Part shown: in pieces, positions 1 through 8,432 of the stretch | How the letters are laid out: every line of letters begins with the position of its first letter | How positions within the stretch are numbered: the first letter of the stretch is position 1 | The notes under the pieces: generated by a model | The model's database searches: none | The model's input: the letters and a program-made list of their open reading frames with translations, nothing else | Told to the model about the DNA's origin: nothing | From: Pirellulales bacterium | GTDB lineage: Bacteria; Planctomycetota; Planctomycetia; Pirellulales; JAICIG01 | Assembly: GCA_040901675.1 (NCBI GenBank) | Contig: JBBDYJ010000013.1 | Coordinates: 144,636 to 173,659 of the forward strand | Reading direction: 5' to 3' | DNA length: 29,024 bases | Translations under genes and position numbers: made by a program

Positions 1-64
1 TGACTTTTTCGCCCCTACCCCACTGAAATCTCGGAAGACCCCAAAAACAAACACGCAACGGTTG

Positions 65-150
65 CAGCCAACAAAAAAACCCGCGCCGCCGTGGACGGCG
101 GACAGGCTCTCGTGGCTGATGAACTGCCCCTCGTGAGTAACTCAAGGGGC
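65..150 (-). promoter_or_regulatory. Structured 5' leader or small RNA: hairpin followed by an intrinsic-terminator-like hairpin
   Basis: Minus strand: hairpin GCCCCU-UGAG-UUA-CUCA-CG-AGGGGC (150-126), then stem CCGCCGU-CC-ACGGCGG followed by a U7 tract (79-73). TTGACG -35-like hexamer at 178-173. Any downstream gene lies beyond the left edge. Confidence 0.5.
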
Positions 151-262
151 GAGCTAGATCCTGCTTCAAGCACGTCAACCCCGTTTTCGCTAATTGGGGC
201 GCTGCGCCCCAACTAGCGACCACAAGCGTTTGGAAGCCCTCGCCGATCGCGGCGCTTCCCGC

Positions 263-2026
263 CTAAAACCCTGGGGCGAAGATCTGCAGGAAGCCCTTGG
301 GTTGGCCGACGGGTACGAAGACTCTCAGCCGCAAGCCTTGTGGCTCGGTGCCCAACGACATGCCGGCATACGATTCGGCCGGAGTAGCGCCGAAGTTGAA
401 GGGGGCCTGGGCCAACAGCATGCCGAACGGCGGTATGTCGCGGACCATGCCCACCCCGTCGAGCACCAACTGTGGAAAGTTGATTAGCATGATCAGGTTG
501 GCCGATTCGGCCAGGTGATCGCGGGTCTGGGCGAACGGCTCCTGGAGACCCAACACCCCCTCGCCCGACTCCAGCCCGTCGAGCACCTGGTGAATATGCT
601 TGGAATCGTTGGACGTCGTCTGCACGAAGAGACCCTCCACGACGGCGATGCGCGTCTGGACGGCATCTCCGCCAAACAGCTTCTGCACGAACTGCTGGCC
701 GATCGCGACGCCGGGGTCCGCGGCGTTCGCTAACTGCACCCGTTGGACCAGCAAGTCAATCGGACGTTCTTTGTAGGTTTCCTCGGCCGCTTTGTATTCG
801 ATCGTCTGGTTATAGACCGGAGTGTTCACTTCGCCGATCGCCGCCTGGTATGCGCGGTTCGCCTGGCGCAGCGCCTCCGGATCGTCCGCCTGCTGCAAGA
901 GCGAGGCCACCATCGAAGCGCCCCCCGACGGCAGCGAAAAGGTGCTCACCAGCGGACCAGCCCCAGCCTGGCCCATGGCCTTGAGCGCGGCCTGCAGGGC
1001 CTCGGCCTTCTCGGCACCGCCGGCGTATGCCAGGCTCAGGAAATCCTGGCTCCAGCGACTCAACTGCTCATAGTTCCAATGGAATCCCAGGTAGGCCCGT
1101 GACCCGGCCGGGAGCAGCCCCAGGGTCTCGAACGCCACCGGCGGGCTGGCCGCCAGCAGGGTGTCGGTGCCGCTGCCCTGTTTGACGCCGAGCAACGCGT
1201 TGACCGCCGCCCCTTCGGCACTGAAGTCGATGTTGCCGCCGGCCCAGACAGCGTCGGCGGCCGAATCGAAGGCGAGGTTGGCCATGTCGCTATAGAGCTT
1301 GCGGATCGACTTCGGGTCGGCCCCGCTCGCGCCCAACGCCTGGTCGGGCAGCGACTCGATCGAGTTGAGAATCTGCTGGCGGCCCTGGTTGATCTGTTCG
1401 CCAAAAGCTTCCTGCAGCCGCGTCGCGTTCACGAAGACCGCGCCGTCTCCGCCGGCCAACAGCTCGGCCGCCCGCGGCTCAATAACGCTGCCCAGCCGGT
1501 TGCTCTCACGGTTCGCCAGCAGCTTCACAACCGCCTCGCTGGACGTGTAGAGCACCCGATCGCCATGGCGGCCAAAAAACCAGGTTCGGCCTTCATGAGT
1601 GATCTTGTCGAAGCCGGACTCGGTCTTTTCGATGACCAGGTCGGATTCGCCACCGCTCTTCAGCACCGCATGCCGCAGCTTGTTCTCGTCCGCCGTGCTG
1701 ACCAGATACGCCAGCGGTTGCCGCTCTTCCAGGATTGGGAAGATCGCCACAAAGGCCGGCGCCGAGCGATCGATGGCCGAGGGGTCGGCCTTGACCTCGA
1801 ACATTTCGGCCAGCCCTTGTTCAAATCCGGCCGCCGCCGGTGCCGCGGTCTGTCCCAGGCCGGCGGTCAGCTCGTTGAAGCCGCCTGCCAGCTTTTCGAC
1901 GGACGCGATTCGCAGCAGCACCCCGGTCTCGGCAGGAAATGCGTCGAGCGGCTCGTCGGCGACTGCCAACCCAGCCTGACTCAGCACCAGGCCTACTATC
2001 AACATCCACACGGCAAACCTGTTCAT
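263..2026 (-). CDS. Secreted/periplasmic hypothetical protein (~587 aa)
   Basis: Long GC-biased ORF. The ATG at 2026 gives a signal peptide (MNRFAVWMLIVGLVLSQAGLAVA-DE) and has a GAGGAG RBS just upstream. No catalytic motif recognised. Confidence 0.8.
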   Translation of the reverse strand: MNRFAVWMLIVGLVLSQAGLAVADEPLDAFPAETGVLLRIASVEKLAGGFNELTAGLGQTAAPAAAGFEQGLAEMFEVKADPSAIDRSAPAFVAIFPILEERQPLAYLVSTADENKLRHAVLKSGGESDLVIEKTESGFDKITHEGRTWFFGRHGDRVLYTSSEAVVKLLANRESNRLGSVIEPRAAELLAGGDGAVFVNATRLQEAFGEQINQGRQQILNSIESLPDQALGASGADPKSIRKLYSDMANLAFDSAADAVWAGGNIDFSAEGAAVNALLGVKQGSGTDTLLAASPPVAFETLGLLPAGSRAYLGFHWNYEQLSRWSQDFLSLAYAGGAEKAEALQAALKAMGQAGAGPLVSTFSLPSGGASMVASLLQQADDPEALRQANRAYQAAIGEVNTPVYNQTIEYKAAEETYKERPIDLLVQRVQLANAADPGVAIGQQFVQKLFGGDAVQTRIAVVEGLFVQTTSNDSKHIHQVLDGLESGEGVLGLQEPFAQTRDHLAESANLIMLINFPQLVLDGVGMVRDIPPFGMLLAQAPFNFGATPAESYAGMSLGTEPQGLRLRVFVPVGQPKGFLQIFAPGF

Positions 2027-2161
2027 GACCGGCTCCTCTTGGAATGCACCCATGTAGTAAAACCCTGGCCAGCTATTCGGTCGGTCGGCTTGGGGATTTG
2101 GCACAACCTCGCCAATGGATTACCCCCAGCCGGGCCGGCCGGTTTCAGAAACCCAGTTTGG

Positions 2162-2254
2162 CGCTCTGCCCGTCATCGAGTTTATCAGCTCCGGAGGAGC
2201 CCTGCTTCTCGTCCGCCTTGGCGGACTACGGCGGCCACTCCAAGCAGTGGCACC
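2162..2254 (-). repeat. Palindromic REP/MITE-like repeat, copy A (inverted relative to 8235-8316)
   Basis: Reverse complement GGTGCCACTGCTTGGAG...GAGAAGCAGGGCTCCTCCGGAGCTGATAAACTCGAT...GCAGAGCG aligns by eye with 8235-8316. Confidence 0.85.
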
Positions 2255-2347
2255 CGCCGAGAAGCTTGCCATATGCCTCGGCGCCACGAAGAATAGGGCT
2301 TGGACGTTCCGTCGCCCGTTCGACCGCGGCAGCACAGTATAATGGAT

Positions 2348-3592
2348 ATGGCAACACTTCACCCGCTTCAGCCGGCCCCCCGCATGCCACCAACCGAGGT
2401 CCAACAGCCGGGCGCCGCGGTTGACCTGGCCGGCCAAGGCGAGGTGATCCACCTGCGGCTGGCCGGCCACGACGTGCGGGTGTTCCAGGAATCGCCGCCG
2501 CTGATCGCCTCGATGGTCGCCGACCTGGCCACGGCCAAGAGCCGCGCCTGGGTCGAAAGCTATACCATCTCCGACGACGCGGCCGGGCGGGCGGTGGCCG
2601 AGGTGCTCAAGGAGCGAGCGCGGCAGGGGGTCGATTGCCGCGTGATGTACGACGGGATCGGCTCGGCGGGCACTCCCGGCGCCTTTTTTCGCGGCTTGGA
2701 AGAAGCCGGGGTCAAGGTCCACGGCTACCGCACGCTTCGCCAGGCCTTTTGGCGGTGGGGGCTGCTCAACCGCCGGAACCACCGGAAGCTGCTGGCCGTG
2801 GACGACCGGGTGGCCTACTTCGGCGGCATGAACATCGTCGATCAGAGCGGGATCCGGACGGTCGGCGACGCCAAGGCCCGCCACTTGCCCATCTCCGCCG
2901 GCTGGCGCGACGTGCACGTCCGCCTGGCCGGGCCGCAGCAGGCCGAGATCGCCGCCGCCTTCGAGCGTCTTTGGCGGCGCGTGCATGGCGAGCTGCGGAT
3001 CCGGGGGCCGCGCTGGCCCATCGCCGACATGCTGTTCGGCAACGGCGAAAAGATCTACTTCTTCGATTGCCGGCCGAGATTCAAGGTCCGCCGGCCCGCT
3101 CGAGTGCTCGTGCCGTTGATGCGCGGCGCTCGCCGCAGCATCACGGTGAGCATGGCGTACTTCATCCCGCAAGGAAGAGTGCTGCGCGAGTTGCTCCGCG
3201 CCTGCCGCCGGGGAGTCCAAATCCGCGTGATCGTCCCCGGCGAAAGCGACGTCAAGGTGGTGCAATGGGCCACGCGGCACTTCTACGACAAGCTGCTCAA
3301 GCGCGGCGTCCGCATCTACGAGCGCGAGGACCAGATGCTGCACAGCAAAGTGATGGTCATCGACGACCGCTGGACCGTGATCGGATCGTGCAACCTCGAT
3401 CCCCGCAGCATGCTCATCAACCTCGAATTCCTCTCGGTGATCCGCGCCCGCTCCATGGCCGCCGCCGTCAAGCGCATCTGCCGCTACGAGATTCGCAACA
3501 GCCGCCGGATCACGCTGGCCGACTGCCATCGCCGCCCTTGGTGGCGGCGGCTGGTCGACCGGCTTGCCTGGTCGTTTCGAAGATGGCTGTGA
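2348..3592 (+). CDS. cls: Cardiolipin synthase (phospholipase D family, ClsB-like, no N-terminal TM anchor)
   Basis: Two HKD motifs (NHRKLLAVD...GGMNI; LHSKVMVIDD...IGSCNLD), plus YDGIGS and AYFIP segments. Start uncertain (2342/2348/2384); TATAAT at 2338-2343. Confidence 0.92.
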   Translation: MATLHPLQPAPRMPPTEVQQPGAAVDLAGQGEVIHLRLAGHDVRVFQESPPLIASMVADLATAKSRAWVESYTISDDAAGRAVAEVLKERARQGVDCRVMYDGIGSAGTPGAFFRGLEEAGVKVHGYRTLRQAFWRWGLLNRRNHRKLLAVDDRVAYFGGMNIVDQSGIRTVGDAKARHLPISAGWRDVHVRLAGPQQAEIAAAFERLWRRVHGELRIRGPRWPIADMLFGNGEKIYFFDCRPRFKVRRPARVLVPLMRGARRSITVSMAYFIPQGRVLRELLRACRRGVQIRVIVPGESDVKVVQWATRHFYDKLLKRGVRIYEREDQMLHSKVMVIDDRWTVIGSCNLDPRSMLINLEFLSVIRARSMAAAVKRICRYEIRNSRRITLADCHRRPWWRRLVDRLAWSFRRWL

Positions 3593-3614
3593 CGTTCAAG
3601 CGCCCAGCCGGCGC

Positions 3615-4013
3615 TCAGTCCGAGCCGGGGCTGAACGACGGAGGATCGCTCGCCGGGAACGACTCCCAGGAAGCCTCGTCCACGCGGTGGTTCTCCACGG
3701 CCGGGTCGGGCCGCTGCCCGGCATCGCGACACGGGCCGCCGCCGCGCGCGCACTGATAAGCCCGGATGCCGCGGATCAGCAGCAGTCCGCCGGCGGCCGC
3801 GACGGCCATGCCAGGCAACGACCGCCGCGTCAGTCCCCAATACGTCCCTAGAAACGCCAGCAAGCCACCCGCGGCCAGGCCCCCCCACTGTTCGATCTGC
3901 TGGCCCCGGCTGAGCACGGACCCCGGCGGTCTTTTCTCGGCAACCGCTGTAGTCTGCGAGCGAATGATCGAGGCCCGCAGCGCGTCGTCGGACGTTTTTC
4001 GATCAAGTTCCAT
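3615..4013 (-). CDS. Small membrane protein with C-terminal DEASxESFPASDPP motif
   Basis: Two Gly/Ala-rich TM segments followed by a Cys (YgaP/DUF2892-like pattern) and VDEASWESFPASDPPSF at the C-terminus. GGAG RBS before ATG 4013; alternative start 4028. Confidence 0.75.
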   Translation of the reverse strand: MELDRKTSDDALRASIIRSQTTAVAEKRPPGSVLSRGQQIEQWGGLAAGGLLAFLGTYWGLTRRSLPGMAVAAAGGLLLIRGIRAYQCARGGGPCRDAGQRPDPAVENHRVDEASWESFPASDPPSFSPGSD

Positions 4014-4049
4014 CGTGCTGAGCTCCATGACCGTAATACAATAACATGA

Positions 4050-4065
4050 AGCACTTCGCGTACCA
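4050..4065 (-). promoter_or_regulatory. Sigma54-like -24/-12 promoter for 3615-4013
   Basis: TGGTACG-CGAA-GTGCT, GG-N10-GC spacing. Confidence 0.5.
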
Positions 4066-4208
4066 AATGCCGCGACGCGGAGCATGAATTGGCTCCGCTG
4101 CGGCGGAACCGCCTCGACAATGCCCGGGGCTAAACCGAAGCACTGCCAGTGATTGGTCGCACTCAATCGGCCGAAATGGCCGCGGATGGCATGACCACAC
4201 GGGCCGAT

Positions 4209-4224
4209 TGGCACGCAAGCTGCA
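4209..4224 (+). promoter_or_regulatory. Sigma54-like -24/-12 promoter for 4288-4812
   Basis: TGGCACG-CAAG-CTGCA versus consensus TGGCACG-N4-TTGCW. Confidence 0.6.
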
Positions 4225-4287
4225 TGCCCTTTGGGTAGTGTGGCGAAGCCGCGACAGTCACGACAGCCCTTCGAGGAAAATTGCCCA

Positions 4288-4812
4288 ATGACTCATGTCG
4301 CCGATGGCAGCCGGCCCTTTCGGGTTGGCGTGTTCGCTTCCCTTGCGGACGCCGACCGGGCAGTCGCCGGCCTTTTGGACGCCGGCTTTACCAAAGACCA
4401 GATCACCGTACTCTGCTCGGACAAGGCCAGGGAAGCGCACTTCCGTTCGTTCGAACACCAGCAGCCGGCCGGCTCGCACACGGCCGCGGCGGCTGCCACG
4501 GGCGGCGCGATCGGGGCGGCCCTGGGCGGGCTGACCGCAATAGCGGGTGCGGCGGCCACGGGCGGCGTGGCGCTGCTGGCCGCCGGAGGGCTGGCGGCTT
4601 GGACCGGCGGCGTGGTAGGCGGGCTGGTAGGCGCCATGATGACGCGGGGCGTCGAAAGGGAGCTGGCCGACTACTACGACCAGGCCGTTCTTAAAGGAAG
4701 GATTCTGGTGGCAGCCGAAGTCGCAGCGGCCGAAGACAAGGGTTTGCTCGCTGAAGCAGAGCGGGTTTTGCGGGAGGCCGGCGCTGAGCCGGTGTCGTTG
4801 CCCGAAGGCTGA
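4288..4812 (+). CDS. General-stress-type glycine-zipper membrane protein (YflT/GSP17M-like architecture)
   Basis: VGVF..LADADRAV..L...GF...ITV N-terminus, long GxxxG glycine zipper, GV....A..Y...V..G.ILV C-terminus; GAGG RBS. Confidence 0.8.
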   Translation: MTHVADGSRPFRVGVFASLADADRAVAGLLDAGFTKDQITVLCSDKAREAHFRSFEHQQPAGSHTAAAAATGGAIGAALGGLTAIAGAAATGGVALLAAGGLAAWTGGVVGGLVGAMMTRGVERELADYYDQAVLKGRILVAAEVAAAEDKGLLAEAERVLREAGAEPVSLPEG

Positions 4813-4816
4813 AAAC

Positions 4817-5500
4817 TCACCGGTCGAACAGCCTTTCGGCCGCCCGCAGATGCTGCTGGCACCACTGGCCGATGACATACTGGCAGGCGGCCATCGTGCC
4901 GGCCTCTTCGAAGTTACGGCTGGCACCCAGAATGACGGCCAACTGGCTGGGGCAATTCAGCGAGGCAAAGGTCCGCTCGTTGGCTTCAACCAGCCGCCGT
5001 TCCTTGCCGGGCACCACCAACAGCGTCGGCACCTTGGTTTCAGCCAGGTCGATGGGCGAGCGATCGGGCCTGCCGCAGCAGCAGACGACCGCTCCCAACG
5101 AAGCCGCCCGCCGGGCGGCCACGGCAAGCACGGCCTCGGTCGAGCTGGCCGTGCCCAACAGTCCCAGGGGCAACGAGCGCGTGTCGGGCAATTGGGAGAG
5201 CACGTCGAGCGTGCCGTTCAAGCGCTCGATGAGCAGCCTGAGCCGGCGGGCAGCCTGCTGCTGGGCTTCGGCTTCGTCGGGCTGCATCAGGTCCACGAGG
5301 CAAGTGGCCAGTCCGGCCACGAGCAGCGACTCGGCGATCGACTGCTGCACGCTGCCCACGCGGCTGGCACTGGCATCGAAGGGCATGACCACGGTGGCAA
5401 AGGCGTTTTCCGGGAAGAGGAGCAGGCCATGGAAGGCCCGCGCCTCCATCAGCACTTGCCGATCGAATGGACCGGCACAATCCCGACGAGCACAAATCAT
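4817..5500 (-). CDS. Alpha/beta-hydrolase fold protein, dienelactone-hydrolase-like, catalytic residues apparently degenerate
   Basis: LPLGLLG, GRPD, VPTLLVV, NFEEAGT and W..HL segments match the small DLH-like family by recalled motifs; AAGGA RBS before ATG 5500. Confidence 0.7.
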   Translation of the reverse strand: MICARRDCAGPFDRQVLMEARAFHGLLLFPENAFATVVMPFDASASRVGSVQQSIAESLLVAGLATCLVDLMQPDEAEAQQQAARRLRLLIERLNGTLDVLSQLPDTRSLPLGLLGTASSTEAVLAVAARRAASLGAVVCCCGRPDRSPIDLAETKVPTLLVVPGKERRLVEANERTFASLNCPSQLAVILGASRNFEEAGTMAACQYVIGQWCQQHLRAAERLFDR

Positions 5501-5543
5501 CGCTCTATCCTTTTTTGAAGGGTTCGAAGCTGGACTCACCCAA

Positions 5544-5559
5544 AGCAAACGCCATGCCG
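5544..5559 (-). promoter_or_regulatory. Sigma54-like -24/-12 promoter for 4817-5500
   Basis: CGGCATG-GCGT-TTGCT, GG-N10-GC. Confidence 0.5.
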
Positions 5560-5798
5560 GGCATGGACGACGCCGGTCATCCATCACCGGGCCGCCCCGT
5601 CGGAAGACGCTTCGACGGCTTCGCTCGATGCGCCTCACCGGTTGGTCCCTTCGCGAGCACGCTGTATGGCGATGGTCCAACCCCATGGAGCTAATTGGAG
5701 GCGGTGGCGGTGCCCGGCCTTAAACGCTTGGCAGGACGCAGGTTGAACGTTGCGAAGGACGGGCTCGACTCGACGGCTTGGAGCGTGCGGCCAATGTC

Positions 5799-5814
5799 TG
5801 GCACGCGAGATGCA
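5799..5814 (+). promoter_or_regulatory. Sigma54-like -24/-12 promoter for DUF1328-treZ
   Basis: TGGCACG-CGAG-ATGCA. Confidence 0.55.
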
Positions 5815-5939
5815 GTGGACTCTGGCCAATTGCCGGCCGCCGAGCGCGGCAGCGGAGTCACCCAGGGCGCGTGGTTCGCCCGGCTCCAGTGCATGCCAGG
5901 CTGGCGCAGCATTGAAAAAAATCGTCTAGGAGAATCGAC

Positions 5940-6110
5940 ATGTTGTACTGGGCCATGGTATTTCTGGTCATCGCCTTGATCGCCGGGGTTCTGGGCTTTA
6001 CCGGCATCTATTCCGCGGCGGCCGGCATCGCGCAAGTGCTGTTTTGGATCTTCGTGGTGCTGTTCATCATCAGCCTGATCTTCGGCGGCGTCCGACGACC
6101 TTTGCCGTAG
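5940..6110 (+). CDS. DUF1328 / UPF0391 (YtjA-like) small membrane protein, 56 aa; absent from the ORF track
   Basis: [56 protein letters not shown], with AGGAG RBS. Confidence 0.92.
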   Translation: MLYWAMVFLVIALIAGVLGFTGIYSAAAGIAQVLFWIFVVLFIISLIFGGVRRPLP

Positions 6111-6246
6111 CAGCGCTGACGAAGCGCGACAACCAGCAGCGACAAGCAATCAAGCCATGGAGTTCGGGAAGCGCCGCTCTAGACTGGCAGCGCTCCGGTC
6201 GCCATGGCTTTTTGCGTTTGGATGTGACCGCAGGTGCTCTATCCCA

Positions 6247-8220
6247 ATGGCGGCGAAATCAGCAACACCTGCGGCGGGCGAATCGGCGCCCTTCATACCG
6301 CCGGCACCGGCCAGCCGCCGGCTGGCGGCGGGCGCCGAGGTCCAACCGGGCGGCGGCGTGCACTTCCGCGTTTGGGCGCCACGCCGCGCGAGGGTCGAGG
6401 TCGTGCTCGATCCTGCGCCTCAGGGACCTTCCCGCCCCGCATCCCGCGTGGCACTCGACAGGGAAGCGGGCGGTTATTTTTCCGGCTATCTGCCCGATGC
6501 GCCGGCCGGGACACGCTACCGGTTCAGGCTGGACAACTTGCCAATGCTCTATCCCGACCCAGCCAGCCGCTACCAGCCTGAAGGGCCGGTGGGACCGTCG
6601 GAAGTCGTCGATCCCGGCGCGTACGCCTGGCGCGACGACGCCTGGCTCGGCGCGGCCCTCGCCGGCCAGGTTGCCTACGAAATGCACGTCGGCACGTTCA
6701 CGCCCGAAGGAACCTGGGCCGCGGCCACTGCAGAACTGGCAGAGCTGGCCTCTGCGGGCATCAGCCTGATCGAAGTGATGCCGGTGGCTGAGTTTCCCGG
6801 CCGCTTCGGCTGGGGCTACGACGGAGTGGACCTGTTCGCTCCGAGCCACCTCTACGGCGCGCCGGACGACTTTCGCCGCTTCGTCGACGAGGCGCACGGG
6901 CACAAGATGGCCGTGATCCTCGACGTGGTCTACAACCATCTGGGGCCGACCGGCAATTACTTGCGAGTGTTCGCCGACGATTACTTTTCCCGGCGGCATT
7001 CGACCGAATGGGGCGAAGCGATCAACTTCGACGGCCCGAACCACGGTCCCGTCCGCGATTTCTTTCTCGACAACGCCGCTTACTGGACCGACGAGTTTCA
7101 TCTGGATGGCCTGCGGCTGGATGCCACGCAAGCCATTTTCGATGACTCGCACGAACATATATTGGCGGCCGTCGCCGCCCGCGTGCGGCAGGCCGCCGCC
7201 GGACGGCAAACGATCGTGGTGGCCGAGAACGAACCACAGGAGGTGCGTCACGTTCGCCCGCCGGCGGAAGGCGGCTTCGGCTTGGACGGGATATGGAACG
7301 ACGACTTTCACCATGCGGCCCGGGTGGCCATGACCGGCCGCAACGAATACTACTACCGCGACTACCAGGGGAGCTGCCAGGAGCTCATCTCCGCGCTGAA
7401 GTGGGGCTACCTGTACCAGGGGCAGTTCAACGAGCGGCAGCAGAAGCGCCGCGGAACTCCAAGCTGGATGGTGCCCGCCTGGAGCTTCATGCTGTTTCTC
7501 GATAATCACGACCAGGTGGCCAACTCGGGCCTCGGCCTGCGCTGCCACGGGCTCTCGTCGCCGGGGCGCTACCGGGCGATGACCGCCTTGCTGCTGTTGG
7601 CGCCGGGCACGCCGATGCTGTTCCAGGGGCAGGAGTTTGCGGCCTCGGCGCCATTCTTGTATTTTGCCGACCACGAGCCGGGTGTGGCCGACATGGTCCG
7701 CCGCGGGCGGATCGCCGGCCTGCGGCAATTCGAGAGCCTGGCCGGTCCGGACACGCGGGAGTCGTTGGGCGACCCGTGCGACATCCGGGCCTTCGAACGA
7801 TCGAAGCTGGATCTATCCGAGCGGAAGAAGCATAGCCAGGCCTACGACCTGCACCGCGACCTGATCCGGCTGCGGCGCGAGGACGCGGTGTTCAGCCGGC
7901 AACGGTCCGACTGGCTTCACGGCGCGGCGTTGGCGCCCGAGGCCTTTTTGCTGCGTTACCTGACCGAGACGGGCGACGACCGGCTGCTGCTGGTGAACCT
8001 GGGGCGCGACTTCGTCTACAGCCCGGCCGCCGAACCGCTGATAGCGCCGCCGCCCGGCGCCGACTGGCGGTTGCTCTGGTCGAGCGAGAATCCGCGCTAC
8101 GGCGGCTCGGGCACGGCCCCGATCGACACCTTGCACTGGCGCCTCCAGGGGCACGCCGCCATCGTGCTGCACGCCCAACCCATAGGCCAGCGCGTTGCCG
8201 CCGCAGCGCCCATGGATTAG
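6247..8220 (+). CDS. treZ: Malto-oligosyltrehalose trehalohydrolase (GH13)
   Basis: FRVWAP, PDPASRYQPEG, YEMHVGTFTPEGT, WGYDGV, DVVYNHLGP, DGLRLDAT, VAENE, WNDDFHH, NHDQVAN, PMLFQGQE motifs. Confidence 0.93.
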   Translation: MAAKSATPAAGESAPFIPPAPASRRLAAGAEVQPGGGVHFRVWAPRRARVEVVLDPAPQGPSRPASRVALDREAGGYFSGYLPDAPAGTRYRFRLDNLPMLYPDPASRYQPEGPVGPSEVVDPGAYAWRDDAWLGAALAGQVAYEMHVGTFTPEGTWAAATAELAELASAGISLIEVMPVAEFPGRFGWGYDGVDLFAPSHLYGAPDDFRRFVDEAHGHKMAVILDVVYNHLGPTGNYLRVFADDYFSRRHSTEWGEAINFDGPNHGPVRDFFLDNAAYWTDEFHLDGLRLDATQAIFDDSHEHILAAVAARVRQAAAGRQTIVVAENEPQEVRHVRPPAEGGFGLDGIWNDDFHHAARVAMTGRNEYYYRDYQGSCQELISALKWGYLYQGQFNERQQKRRGTPSWMVPAWSFMLFLDNHDQVANSGLGLRCHGLSSPGRYRAMTALLLLAPGTPMLFQGQEFAASAPFLYFADHEPGVADMVRRGRIAGLRQFESLAGPDTRESLGDPCDIRAFERSKLDLSERKKHSQAYDLHRDLIRLRREDAVFSRQRSDWLHGAALAPEAFLLRYLTETGDDRLLLVNLGRDFVYSPAAEPLIAPPPGADWRLLWSSENPRYGGSGTAPIDTLHWRLQGHAAIVLHAQPIGQRVAAAAPMD

Positions 8221-8234
8221 GGTTGAAGTAGCCC

Positions 8235-8316
8235 GGTGCCACTGCTTGGAGGGGCCGCCGTGCCGGCCGCGAGAAGCAGTGCTCCTCCGGAGCTGATAAA
8301 CCCGATTCGCAGAGCG
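8235..8316 (+). repeat. Palindromic REP/MITE-like repeat, copy B
   Basis: GGTGCCACTGCTTGGAG...GAGAAGCAGTGCTCCTCCGGAGCTGATAAACCCGAT, internal stem CACTGCTT/AAGCAGTG; inverted copy at 2162-2254. Confidence 0.85.
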
Positions 8317-8339
8317 TATTGTCCAGACGGCAATTGAAA

Positions 8340-8393
8340 GTAGCCCCCACGCTGGGGCGTGAGGCAGCTCATCACGCCCGGCGTGATGGCACC
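8340..8393. repeat. Degenerate GTAG-type REP doublet (REPIN-like)
   Basis: GTAG-CCCCCACGCTGGGGCGTGAGG...CATCACGCCCGGCGTGATGGCAC: two short hairpins in inverted arrangement. Confidence 0.55.
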
Positions 8394-8432
8394 TGACAAA
8401 TCGACCGATACGAGACCTTCGGACAACACTCG

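Noticed and set aside
2098..2113. Sigma54 promoter for cls (TGGCACAACCTCGC)
   Set aside because: GG-to-GC spacing is 9 nt, not the required 10.
2120..3529. Long antisense or off-frame ORFs (also 6259-7728, 12120-13784, 22862-24919, 26293-27240)
   Set aside because: They shadow well-supported genes and are expected from stop-codon scarcity in GC-rich DNA.
2162..8316. Autonomous composite transposon
   Set aside because: No transposase in or next to the segment and no shared target-site duplication outside the two repeats.
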